Assembly: GCA_044892525.1 (NCBI GenBank)
Contig: CM097885.1
Location: forward strand, 6,698,001 to 6,762,000
Source: Schmidtea polychroa
Lineage: Eukaryota
Direction of reading: 5' to 3'
Length of the DNA stretch: 64,000 nucleotides
Position numbers and translations under genes: made by a program. Each line of letters begins with the position of its first letter. Within the stretch, counting starts at the first letter, position 1. The notes below the pieces were generated by a model that ran no database searches, was not told the origin of the DNA, and saw only the letters and a list, made by a program, of their open reading frames with translations. Positions 13,901 to 23,389 of the stretch are shown here, one piece after another.

Positions 13901-15047
13901 CATATTTTAAAATAGCTAAAATGCTATATAAAAAACATGAATCGTCGGTGTTTTTTACATTAATTAAGCAATTTTTATTTTTTAGACAAGTAGGTAGTTC
14001 AATGAAACTCTTACCACTTAATCTACTTAGCCTACTTATCTTTGTTATGGTGAAGTGAATTTCAGTTATTTTTTTTATGATCCAGCTACTTCCTAACTCT
14101 GTGATATTACTTATTTTCTCGTTTAGTTCCCTAATGCCTTCGTCAAAAAATGAGGCAGTTAAAGGTTTTGCGTAATTGGAAATATTATTAACCTTTATTT
14201 CCCCGTCTTTTTCAAATTCGATTGTTATTCCGAATTGAATTTTGACGGAGCCTAATTCGTTAATAATATCTCGTAATTTTATAATTAATTGTTCTGGAAA
14301 TATTATTTCCTTTATATTCAAGTTACTTGTATTTAGACTTAAAATTTGATGTGTACCCCTTAAATCTTTTTGTACTATGGGTACATTACCTCCTATTTGT
14401 ACATTAGTAGTCGAAGAGTCGAGTGAAAGATTATCAAATTCATTATTGGGTTCACCTACATCCCAAGAGTCGAGTGAAAGATTATCAAATTCATTATTGG
14501 GTTCACCTACATCCCAAGAGTCGAGTGAAAGATTATCAAATTCATTATTGGGTTCACCTACATCCCAAGAGTCGAGTGAAAGATTATCAAATTCATTATA
14601 GGATTCATCAACTAATCCGACCTGGGATTCAACAAAAGGCAATCCATCATTGGATTCAGCAAAAGACAATCCATCATTGGATTCAACAAAAGACAATCCA
14701 TCATTGGATTCAGCAAAAGACAATCCATCATTGGATTCATCAACTAATCCGACCTGGGATTCAACAAATGTATTTAATTTAATTTTTTTATTAGTAGTAT
14801 TTATTTCAATAGTTGAAGGACGTTTAAAAATAACATCTTTTTTAGAATTGAACCTATCTAAATGTTGTTTATGCTTATTATAAAAGACGCTATATGTTAA
14901 GGGCTCGCTAATCTTACATATGGGGCATATAAAAAAAGTTTTATTATAGTATTTTTTAGAATAATAATTCTCCATTATAGAATGGCAATTATTATGTTCT
15001 TTCGACGAACAATAATTTGGGTAAAGTATACCTAAAAATATATACAT
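10912..15047 (-). CDS. Protein-primed family B DNA polymerase (pPolB) polyprotein, split by a -1 frameshift at ~11963
   Basis: ORF 11958-15047: CFLYSILA/FHY vOTU-like region, VYADFE ExoI, endonuclease-VII-like CYLC..DHDH.TG..CSTCN, FHNLKGYD ExoII, YIDINNLYG motif A. The -1 frame continues GVRFKQSPIFKKYIDTNTELR..KLQNNSLYGK, GDTDS, KAKGV. A second frameshift near 11005 garbles the acidic tail. Confidence 0.93.
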
Positions 15048-15178
15048 TTAAAAATTTGGCTAAAACATTTGATAAAAATAATACTATTAAAATTTTCTTA
15101 TAATTTTGCATGTATGCATCCAATCAAAATTAATTATTTGCTATAAATGATAATTTAATGAAATAAATTTAACAAAAA

Positions 15179-15613
15179 ATGTCTACTATAAATAGTATCC
15201 TATTAGAAGAAAATAGTACATCAGTTATAGGTATGGTATGTAAACCTCCTATTCAATTCCTTCAATATAATATGTACTATTTGAAATATCCTATTACTTA
15301 TTCGTTCAAGGTAATTTTTTTTATTTAATTATTTAATATTAATTTGTTATAGGAACCAGTTAATTTAAAAACATGTCAATTCAATATTCAAATTGGAGAT
15401 ATTGGGGAAGAAGATAGAAAAAATCTTGGAGAAATTCTTAAATTAATTAATAAAGAAATGATTTTTAATGAAAAATTTACATTTATCAATTGTGAAAAAG
15501 GGTGTAAATTAGACGAAGATAAAAAATCAAAAGTTCGAATACTTATTCAAGGAGTCAAGATAAATGGAGTTATAATTAAACCAATTTGGAAAATTACAAA
15601 TGTTTTTGAATAA
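15179..15613 (+). CDS. Two-exon 130-aa protein (exons 15179-15310, 15353-15613), candidate OB-fold ssDNA-binding protein
   Basis: ATG at 15179 and a 42-nt AAG|GTAATT...TTATAG|GAA intron give a clean ORF MSTINSILLEEN...KVRILIQGVKINGVIIKPIWKITNVFE*. The function is inference. Confidence 0.7.
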
Positions 15614-15690
15614 ATATTTAAGTGTTATTTTAAATGTTGTTGAAAAAATTTTAAAGTTAATAAGTATTTAATAAGGGTCAGATTATTATT

Positions 15691-16310
15691 AAAGAGTACT
15701 GCATGCTCACTGCAGACTATTATGTAGCTACGTGCTCACTGTAGACTACATTATTATATTAAAGACTACTGCATGCTCACTGCAGACTATTATGTAGCTA
15801 CGTGCTCACTGTAGACTACATTATTATTATCATTATAAAAAAAAATTTGCGAGGGATTTCCCCTTATTTCAAAATAAATATCATTAAAAAATATCATTAA
15901 TAATAATTTCATTATAAAATATTATTTAAAAATGTTAATAATTTCATCATTATATAAAAAATTTTACGAGGGATTTTCCCTTATTTCAAAATAAATATCA
16001 TTAAAAAATATCATTAATAATAATTTCATTATAAAATATTATTTAAAAATGTTAATAATTTCATCATTATATAAAAAATTTTACGAGGGATTTCCCCTTA
16101 TTTCAAAATAAATATCATTAAAAAAATATCATTAATAATAATTTCATTATAAAATATTATTTAAAAATGTTAATAATTTCATCATTATATAAAAAAAATT
16201 TTTTACGAGGGATTTACCCTTATTTTTACTCTTAAGATAAAATTTTATTAAAAATATTAATAATCATTTTTAAAAATATTAATAATTTCATTATAAAATA
16301 TTATTTAAAA
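15691..16310. repeat. Internal tandem repeats: ~70-bp x2, then ~117-bp x ~4 with a GAGGGATTTYCCC core
   Basis: Directly visible repeats ACTGCATGCTCACTGCAGACTATTATGTAGC and CGAGGGATTTCCCCTTATTTCAAAATAAATATC. Confidence 0.85.
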
Positions 16311-16905
16311 ATTGATAAAAATACTTACATTTGTCATTTTTCATTGTTTCATTATTAGCTTTTTTCATTGTTTCATTTTTATCATTTTTCATTGTTGCAT
16401 TATTAGCTTTTTTCATTGTTGCATTTTTAACATTTTTCATTGTTTCATTTTTAACATTTTTCATTGTTGCATTTTTAACATTTTTCATTGTTGCATTATT
16501 ATTCATTTTTGATTTTTATCTAAAAATAATTAAATTTTAATAATTAAAAAATAAAATTCTTACAATCCTTGGTACTAGCAAATTATGACCAAATTTTAAA
16601 AACAAATCATTTATATACTTCTTCTTCTACTTAATACATTACGTAATAATTAAAGGATTAAATTGATACCATGCGTAATAATTAAAGGATTAAATAACTT
16701 ACATAATAATTAAAGGATTAAATAACTTACATAATAATTAAAGGATTTAATACCTTACATAATAATTAACTTAATTAAAGATTTAGTTTAATAATCAACT
16801 AAAATTTAAATTTTAATAATCAATTATATTGAATTAATAATCAACTAAAAATTTATTGAAATAATCAGCTAAAATTTATTGAAAACAACTTTTTATTATA
16901 AAAAT

Positions 16906-17284
16906 TTATTTCATTGACTTTAACCAAGCCAAACAATGTTGTCCACATGTTTTTGTTATAGGATTTTGGTAACGTATTCGATTGTATTCAATTGGCATTG
17001 ACATTGATTGTAGTTTATTGATTAATATAGGTGGATAATAGAATCCCATTGGATCAAATGCATATATTTTGTCTGGTTTCACGTATACTGCAAGCCAATG
17101 TTCACCATTCAGATTAGCAGATTGAGTATTTACAATTATTGCTTTGTTGACATCTAAATAAGGTATTTTGTCTAATGGGAAAACACCTAGAAATTCTTTT
17201 CCTAGTAATTTTCTTCCGATAACATGTATCTGAATAGAACTAAATTAATAATAATTAAATAATTTAAATTAATTCTTACTTCAT
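16906..17284 (-). CDS. Adenain-like (C5) cysteine maturation protease, two exons (17284-17280, 17239-16906)
   Basis: ATGAA|GTAAGA...TTTAG|T, a 40-nt intron. Product MNSIQI..FLGVFPLDKIP..IIVNTQ..GEHWLAV..FDPMG..YQ..TCGQHCL has the His-Asp-Gln-Cys catalytic set. Missed by the ORF track. Confidence 0.9.
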
Positions 17285-17318
17285 ATTTGATTAATTGATT
17301 TTCGATATTTGGTTTATA

Positions 17319-18542
17319 TTATACCAAAACAGTACGAGTAGATGTAATTTGAATTTCTTTTTCAAAAACTCCATATACGATTACAGAAACAGCTTCAGTA
17401 AGTGAAGATGCGAATTTAATATCTAATCGCAAATTTCCACTTTGTGGTAACTGACTTTGATGAAGATCAAAATCTGGTGCCAATACGAATGTAAAGAATG
17501 GATACTTGCTCTTAAAATCAGACATGGTGATACCACAATTCATATTTTTATTTAGATAACCCATATTTCTAATAATCGATTGCATATAACTTGTACTATA
17601 ATCATCTTTCTCAAAATCTTGACTATATTTTTCGCGATAATCACTTCCTTTACTTAAAGTTATGGACTTGACATTAAAGTGATCAAATAAAGAAAATGAT
17701 TCTGAAAACGATCCACTAAATCTTTTACTAGATTGAAATGCAACAAGTATAAAATTAGGTAGTCGTCTATCTCCAAATATTTGTTCTTTATAAAAAGAGG
17801 AAGAACCAATAGGTAATGAGAAATCAACAACTTCTTTGCTTCTTAAAGGATAAATTGCATTTTTGGTAGACAGACCAATTTGATGTCCTGCCAAAACCGA
17901 TGGTTCAACACGAACTCTTCTAACCATTAATTTTGCGTCTAATAATAAAATTTTCGGTTCAATTTTCGCACAAGTTAAACTAAGTGTTGGATTTGATCTT
18001 GTTAATTTAATTTGAACACTAACACCTGGTAGTAAATATTTAGGTTGATCAAAGAAATCAAATTGAAGTGGGGAACATAAAGAAAAGGATTTTGATTTTT
18101 CAATCCATGTTTTTCTCGTAAGATCTTTGTTAGTATACCCCATTCCACCTAAAGATGTTCGTTTAGTATCTCCGTCATAATTTATAAGTGTTTCAATTAA
18201 TGCTTTGTGGGCAAATCTATCATTTGATCCTTCAACTTTGATTGAATTAAAAATTAATTCAACATCTTTAAAAAGAGTTTGGAAGAAGAAATTATTTGGA
18301 ATTACTTCTGATTCGCCTAAATTCTCACCTAAATTATTAACAACTTTCAATTGAATATATAACAAAGTATCATTCAAATCTAAATATTCAGTCTGCGATC
18401 CATTTATGTAAAATTGAATCGAAGAAGAACCAGCATCTGTAATTGAATTTCTTGGGTATACATCTTCAAATGCTCCATGTTCAATCACTGCTTGGGGAGA
18501 AGGTCTATCAAAAAGACATAATTCTGATTTAGCACTAATCAT
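17319..18542 (-). CDS. Major capsid protein (Polinton PY, double jelly-roll)
   Basis: KSELCLF..PQ..IE, IQFYI..EYLDLNDTLLY, QPKYLLPGV..IKLTR and GNLRLDIKF motifs typical of Polinton PY. 407 aa, intact. Confidence 0.88.
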   Translation of the reverse strand: MISAKSELCLFDRPSPQAVIEHGAFEDVYPRNSITDAGSSSIQFYINGSQTEYLDLNDTLLYIQLKVVNNLGENLGESEVIPNNFFFQTLFKDVELIFNSIKVEGSNDRFAHKALIETLINYDGDTKRTSLGGMGYTNKDLTRKTWIEKSKSFSLCSPLQFDFFDQPKYLLPGVSVQIKLTRSNPTLSLTCAKIEPKILLLDAKLMVRRVRVEPSVLAGHQIGLSTKNAIYPLRSKEVVDFSLPIGSSSFYKEQIFGDRRLPNFILVAFQSSKRFSGSFSESFSLFDHFNVKSITLSKGSDYREKYSQDFEKDDYSTSYMQSIIRNMGYLNKNMNCGITMSDFKSKYPFFTFVLAPDFDLHQSQLPQSGNLRLDIKFASSLTEAVSVIVYGVFEKEIQITSTRTVLV

Positions 18543-18937
18543 TTTTCAAAGATGGTACCATATCCTTTCATTCTTTTGTTTATATGTTTCTTCATAATTT
18601 TTCGGCGTTTAAGTATTCCGCCTTTTTGTTCTTTATCATTTTTAAATACATCGGATACTTTATTAATTACTTCAGGTAAATGTTGCATCACAGCTGGTAA
18701 TGATTCTTTAATTTCAGAAATTGCATTTGATTTTAAAGCAGGCAAGATATTTGCATTGTTATTTATTACATCATTAGCTGTTTTCATACCAAAATTTCCT
18801 ATTCGTTTAAGAATTGGAAGTGCAAATCTACCTATTGTCTTCAACCAACCGGTTCCATATTGTTTACCAACAAAATATGGTAAATCACCACCCGATTGGT
18901 TACTACTATAAAAATGTATTATGTCAGGATTACTCAT
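18539..18937 (-). CDS. Conserved small Polinton virion/core protein with QxGG protease sites and an amphipathic helix
   Basis: NQSGG..YFVG.QYGTGWLKTIGRFALPILKRIG, then QKGG. Lies between penton and MCP. Confidence 0.7.
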   Translation of the reverse strand: MSNPDIIHFYSSNQSGGDLPYFVGKQYGTGWLKTIGRFALPILKRIGNFGMKTANDVINNNANILPALKSNAISEIKESLPAVMQHLPEVINKVSDVFKNDKEQKGGILKRRKIMKKHINKRMKGYGTIFEK

Positions 18938-19946
18938 TTATTTTACGAAAATGTAATGTCAAGTATGTTTTATCTTCTTTTCCAAATATATATTTTCCAC
19001 TATCATCTCGTATATTGATTTCTATATTGTTTATATATGAAGACGATACAGGTAAGTACATTGGATTCTTTTCAATTATTTGTACTAAATCATCTTTTTT
19101 ATGTTTTTCCACCCAAATACATTTCAAAAGAGGGACCAATGTATCACCAACAATAATTGGTTCGATAATATTTGTATAGATCATCAATTGTTGATTGCGT
19201 TGTAATACTTCAGGTTCTTTAAAACCAATAATAAGTTTGTCAGTATATGCTTCTTCTAATAAACCTAAACTATTAGCTAAAAATTTACTAAATTGAACTT
19301 TACTGACATCATCATCCATTACAATTTTAACGATTTTTCCTTTTTGAATATCAATAGATTTAAATGGACGAGGATAAAAGAGTGATAGTTGATCATTTAT
19401 TTGTGAAAGATCTGTAATGATATTTTCTTCGAATGTATCTGTATACTCGACATCGTAATAATATTGTATAGTTAATCGAATTGTATCAAACTTTATTTTT
19501 CGATTATTTGGAGGAATAGTGATTTGGTTCAAGGTTTTTTTAAAAGTTATTTCTTTTTCTGAAAATCCCAATTTTTGCGCTTCTTTAATACTATCGAATT
19601 CTACTTTAAAAGGAAAATATTTACAATTAATGTTCAATGTATTTCCATCAATATATATTAAATAAAATGGAGAGTCGTGACTGATTGTATATTCATTTTT
19701 TTCTTGGTTAAAGTAAAAGTATTCATAACTTGTATGTAATACACTTTTACTATATTTGACATTTGAATTACTGTAAAAAGGAAAATAATTATACACAAAG
19801 GTAAAGTCCATGAGAGCTACTTCCCATTCACCATCCAAGTAAATAGGATTTTGAAATTCAACATTAAATTTACCAGCTTCATTATTTGGATGAGTCTGAG
19901 GACAACTATTAGAAGGTAAATTCACATAAAAATCTTTTTTAATCAT
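18930..19946 (-). CDS. Minor capsid protein (penton) paralogue 2
   Basis: DFYVNLPSNS..PNN..F.V...PIYLDGEWEVAL N-terminus, IYTNIIEP..VGD..PLL and IEINIRDDSG..LTLHFRK C-terminus. Confidence 0.85.
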   Translation of the reverse strand: MIKKDFYVNLPSNSCPQTHPNNEAGKFNVEFQNPIYLDGEWEVALMDFTFVYNYFPFYSNSNVKYSKSVLHTSYEYFYFNQEKNEYTISHDSPFYLIYIDGNTLNINCKYFPFKVEFDSIKEAQKLGFSEKEITFKKTLNQITIPPNNRKIKFDTIRLTIQYYYDVEYTDTFEENIITDLSQINDQLSLFYPRPFKSIDIQKGKIVKIVMDDDVSKVQFSKFLANSLGLLEEAYTDKLIIGFKEPEVLQRNQQLMIYTNIIEPIIVGDTLVPLLKCIWVEKHKKDDLVQIIEKNPMYLPVSSSYINNIEINIRDDSGKYIFGKEDKTYLTLHFRKINE

Positions 19947-20964
19947 TTATTTTACGAAAATGTAATGTCAAGTGTGTTTTTGTATCTCTACTAAATTTTA
20001 TTAATTTTCCACTATCATCTCGTATATTGATTTCAATGTTGTTTATAGAAGAATTAGAAATTGGTAGATACATTGGATTCTTCATTTCTAGTTGGACAAT
20101 TTCTCCTTGTTCATATTTTTTTATCCAAATGGATTTCAATAACGGAACTCTTACGTCTCCAACAGTCAATGGTTCGATAATATTCGAGTAAATAAACATT
20201 TGTTGATGATGATTAAATAATTTTGGAATTTTTGTTCCAATAATTTCTTTCTCTGTAAATGTTTGTTTCTTTAATCCCAATGTTTTTGTTAAATTTTTAT
20301 CAAAGATTATTGATGAAATGTTATCAGCAAGACTTATTTTAACCAATTCATTATTTTGTATTTTTAAATCTTTAAAGGGAGACGGATTAATTGTCATTAA
20401 CTGACCATGTATTTCAGATAAAGTATTGATGTATAGTTCATCTTCGAAATAATGTTCAAATTTTGTTTTTTCAACAACACTTATAATTATACCAAATTGA
20501 TCAATTGTTTTATCTTCTGTAAATTTTGGTAATTTAATTCGCAAATGATCACTATCACTAATAACCGATACTGATTTTAATCCAAATTTAATAGCATGTT
20601 CAAAATCTGGAAACGTTATTTTAAATGGAACATGTGGACAAACAACAACCAAATTCTCATATCTTTCAATGAACATGTCAACTTCAGGAGTATTTTTAGG
20701 ATTTATTACTTCAAAGGTTCGATTTGAATTATTTATTCTAAAATATTTAATTTCTTCATCCATCTTTACTTTTTCATATTGTATCAATGAATTACTGTAA
20801 TAAGGAAAAGTATTATACACAAAGGTAAAGTCCATGAGAGCTACTTCCCATTCACCATCCAAGTAAATAGGATTTGGAAATTCGACATTAAATTTACTAG
20901 CTTCATTATCGGGGAAAATAAGAGGACAACTATTAGAAGGTAAAATAATATAAAAATCTTTCAT
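19939..20964 (-). CDS. Minor capsid protein (penton) paralogue 1
   Basis: Same terminal motifs as paralogue 2 with a divergent middle. Confidence 0.85.
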   Translation of the reverse strand: MKDFYIILPSNSCPLIFPDNEASKFNVEFPNPIYLDGEWEVALMDFTFVYNTFPYYSNSLIQYEKVKMDEEIKYFRINNSNRTFEVINPKNTPEVDMFIERYENLVVVCPHVPFKITFPDFEHAIKFGLKSVSVISDSDHLRIKLPKFTEDKTIDQFGIIISVVEKTKFEHYFEDELYINTLSEIHGQLMTINPSPFKDLKIQNNELVKISLADNISSIIFDKNLTKTLGLKKQTFTEKEIIGTKIPKLFNHHQQMFIYSNIIEPLTVGDVRVPLLKSIWIKKYEQGEIVQLEMKNPMYLPISNSSINNIEINIRDDSGKLIKFSRDTKTHLTLHFRKIND

Positions 20965-20969
20965 AATAT

Positions 20970-22118
20970 TTATTTAATCAATTGATTTTCGGATATCCAA
21001 GATGGAGTTTCATATCCATGCCATTTAACATAGTATTGTTTATATTTACCATCTTTTTTGGTTTTTAAAATCTTTTGAATTCTAAATATTGTAGGAGCTG
21101 GAATTACTTGGAGTTCTTGTTCATAGAATTTACCAGTGATTGGTTTGTTTTCATGATCAACTATCACATACATGACAGGATTCTGTTTTGTATCGATTTT
21201 AAAAATTTGATATACTTCATCACTCCAATTATTATCAAAGTTTTTGATGAATGGTGAAGAATTGATTTTACTAATTCTTACATGATCACCAACCTTGTAT
21301 TTCGGTTTATTGATTTTTTCTGACTTTGTTTGATTTTTAGTAAAATCAGCAGGTGTTTGTCCTTTTAATCCTCTGTGTGGTGAATGATTGTAACTGAAAA
21401 TAATTTTTGGCAAAACATTTATCCAAGTTTTATTACCTTGATATACAAAATATTTTTTCAAGCGTTTTCTTAAAGTTCGATTAAATCGTTCTACGTGAGC
21501 AGCTTTGAACTGAGAAAATACCGAGTAATGGTTTATTCCTTTGATAACCTCTTTAACTTTGCTGTTATAAAATTCTTTACCTAAATCATATATTTAAAAA
21601 TTAATTAATTAAATTTAATTACCTAAATCCGTTTGTAAATTAATAGGTTTACCATCTGCAAACATTTCTTTTATCGCATCAGCCATTTCATTTGCAGATT
21701 TAGTTTTTGTAGGAACAGCACGAGCATATCTATTAAAAACATCTATACAAGTCAGAATATATTTGTACCCCTTGTTAATTTTTGAATAAGGTATCATTTC
21801 CATCAAATCCATTTGCCATACATCATTGTTTCCAATTGTTTTGTATGGTCTTGTTGGAAAACGTTTCAACATTGGTTTATTTAAACTATATGCTAATTGA
21901 TTAGATAACCATTTCTGAGTTTCTTTCTTTGAATTATTCACTCGTTTTGTTAATTTTTCTACGCCACCAAAACCATCTGGATCTTTTGGGTTTGTCCATA
22001 TGGTTTTTAACTTTTTCTCTATTGTTTTCACTTTTTTCACTTTTGTTTTCACATTTGTTTTCACTTTTGTTTTCATTTTTTCCACTTTTGTGTTGGTTTT
22101 GTGATACGTTTCCTTCAT
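20970..22118 (-). CDS. Retroviral-type (RVE) integrase with C-terminal chromodomain, two exons (22118-21623, 21580-20970)
   Basis: WQMDLMEM, CIDVF, LQTDLG|KEFYN, HVERFNRTL (DDE), YNHSPHRGL, YYVKWHGY..SWI. A 42-nt GT-AG intron at 21581-21622 joins the two ORF-track pieces in frame. Confidence 0.93.
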
Positions 22119-22187
22119 TATTACAACAAGTTGTCAAAATATTAAAATCTACAATATTTTTATTTGGTAATGAACTCTTGATACCCA

Positions 22188-22514
22188 TTAAGAACTTAAT
22201 GATGAGATTGCACTAATTGCAGATAAGACTATAGGAATTAATGCACCCAAGAACCCTCCTTTTTGTTTATATATTATCTTTCTCATTAGACGACGATTTT
22301 TTGTATCAACTAGAGATAAAAGTGATCTTTTATGTCTTTGCAATACTAATCTTTTAGCTTTAGTTATATTTACATTACCGCGGACAACATTTATAATAAC
22401 TTAAAGTAAATCATCAATAACAAATGATGGAAAAGACTGTAAAATTGATATTCGTTTCGAATTTGGTGCCTTTATTAAAGCATTAAAATATGGTAAACTC
22501 CGTTCAAATTTCAT
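22188..22514 (-). pseudogene. Conserved small Polinton protein ending QKGGFLGALIPIV, with one premature stop
   Basis: MKFERSLPYF..DDLL*VIINVVRGNV..LQRHKRSL..KQKGGFLGALIPIVLSAISAISSLSS*. In-frame TAA at 22401-22403. Confidence 0.7.
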
Positions 22515-22543
22515 TATTATTATTAATTTACGCGACGGATTGT

Positions 22544-22696
22544 TTATAATTTGATCCACTTCTTGATTTGTTTCTTAGTTTTTGTACTTTTTGTACTTTT
22601 TGATCCACTTTTTGTTTTCTTTGTACGTTTTGTTTTCTTGGTAATTTTCTTCGAAACACTTGGAAGATTTTTAACAACTACTTTTTTAAATGACAT
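22544..22696 (-). CDS. 50-aa Lys/Thr/Ser-rich basic peptide (candidate DNA-condensing core protein)
   Basis: MSFKKVVVKNLPSVSKKITKKTKRTKKTKSGSKSTKSTKTKKQIKKWIKL*. Fills the gap between the ATPase and the next gene. Confidence 0.6.
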   Translation of the reverse strand: MSFKKVVVKNLPSVSKKITKKTKRTKKTKSGSKSTKSTKTKKQIKKWIKL

Positions 22697-22715
22697 GATT
22701 AATTTTATTTAGTTT

Positions 22716-23339
22716 TTAGTTTTGTTTATAAATCGTAACACCGTTTATATTAAAAATATCAGTTCTAATACGCATATCATCTGGACATTGTTGTGTAAAA
22801 TCAAAAAATAAATATCCATGAGGAATTTTTGTTGCATCTTGGAATGAATCAATCAAAAATTTTCTATTATTTGGATAAGCTTGTCTTGCAAGAAAATCTA
22901 TTATTGTTTGATCTCTAGGATTTTTGAAAATAATTAAATATTGGACATTTAAATTACGTGTTCTATGACTTCCACCTTGATGAAAAAGATTTTGTGTAAT
23001 GAAAATAACTGTAACTCCACAATGTCTACTGATTTTTGTAAATAAATTATTAAAATCTTTTTCTTTATTTGCTTCCTGGTACAGATCATCGATAATAATA
23101 ACATCACCTTGGCGTAATCTAGATGACCAATTTTTATCAAATCCTTTAATTATTGTCATTTTTAATTTACAGAAACTGTTTTGAGTCAATCCATGTTCTT
23201 CATCTGCACCTCGATGCCAATATATTTTATTAAATTTAGATTTAAACATGTTTGATTGTAATAAATTACATACAAATAAAGTTTTCCCGCTTCCACTAGG
23301 TCCTACTATTTGATATACTGCGTCATTTCTTAATTCCAT
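22716..23339 (-). CDS. A32/FtsK-like genome packaging ATPase
   Basis: Walker A GPSGSGKT, Walker B IIIDD, SRH..VTVIFITQNLF, N.QYLIIFKNPRD. Confidence 0.95.
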   Translation of the reverse strand: MELRNDAVYQIVGPSGSGKTLFVCNLLQSNMFKSKFNKIYWHRGADEEHGLTQNSFCKLKMTIIKGFDKNWSSRLRQGDVIIIDDLYQEANKEKDFNNLFTKISRHCGVTVIFITQNLFHQGGSHRTRNLNVQYLIIFKNPRDQTIIDFLARQAYPNNRKFLIDSFQDATKIPHGYLFFDFTQQCPDDMRIRTDIFNINGVTIYKQN

Positions 23340-23389
23340 TTTTTAATTAAATTATTTTATTTAATTTGTTTATAATTACAATAATTAGA

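Noticed and set aside
14377..14883. Plus-strand repeat ORFs opposite pPolB (also 34494-34910), and ORFs antisense to Gypsy and Penelope genes
   Set aside because: Antisense shadows of real coding sequence or tandem repeats.
21934..22188. 84-aa ORF overlapping the integrase 5' end
   Set aside because: Low-complexity alternative frame. It could reflect a frameshifted integrase N-terminus, but there is no independent support.
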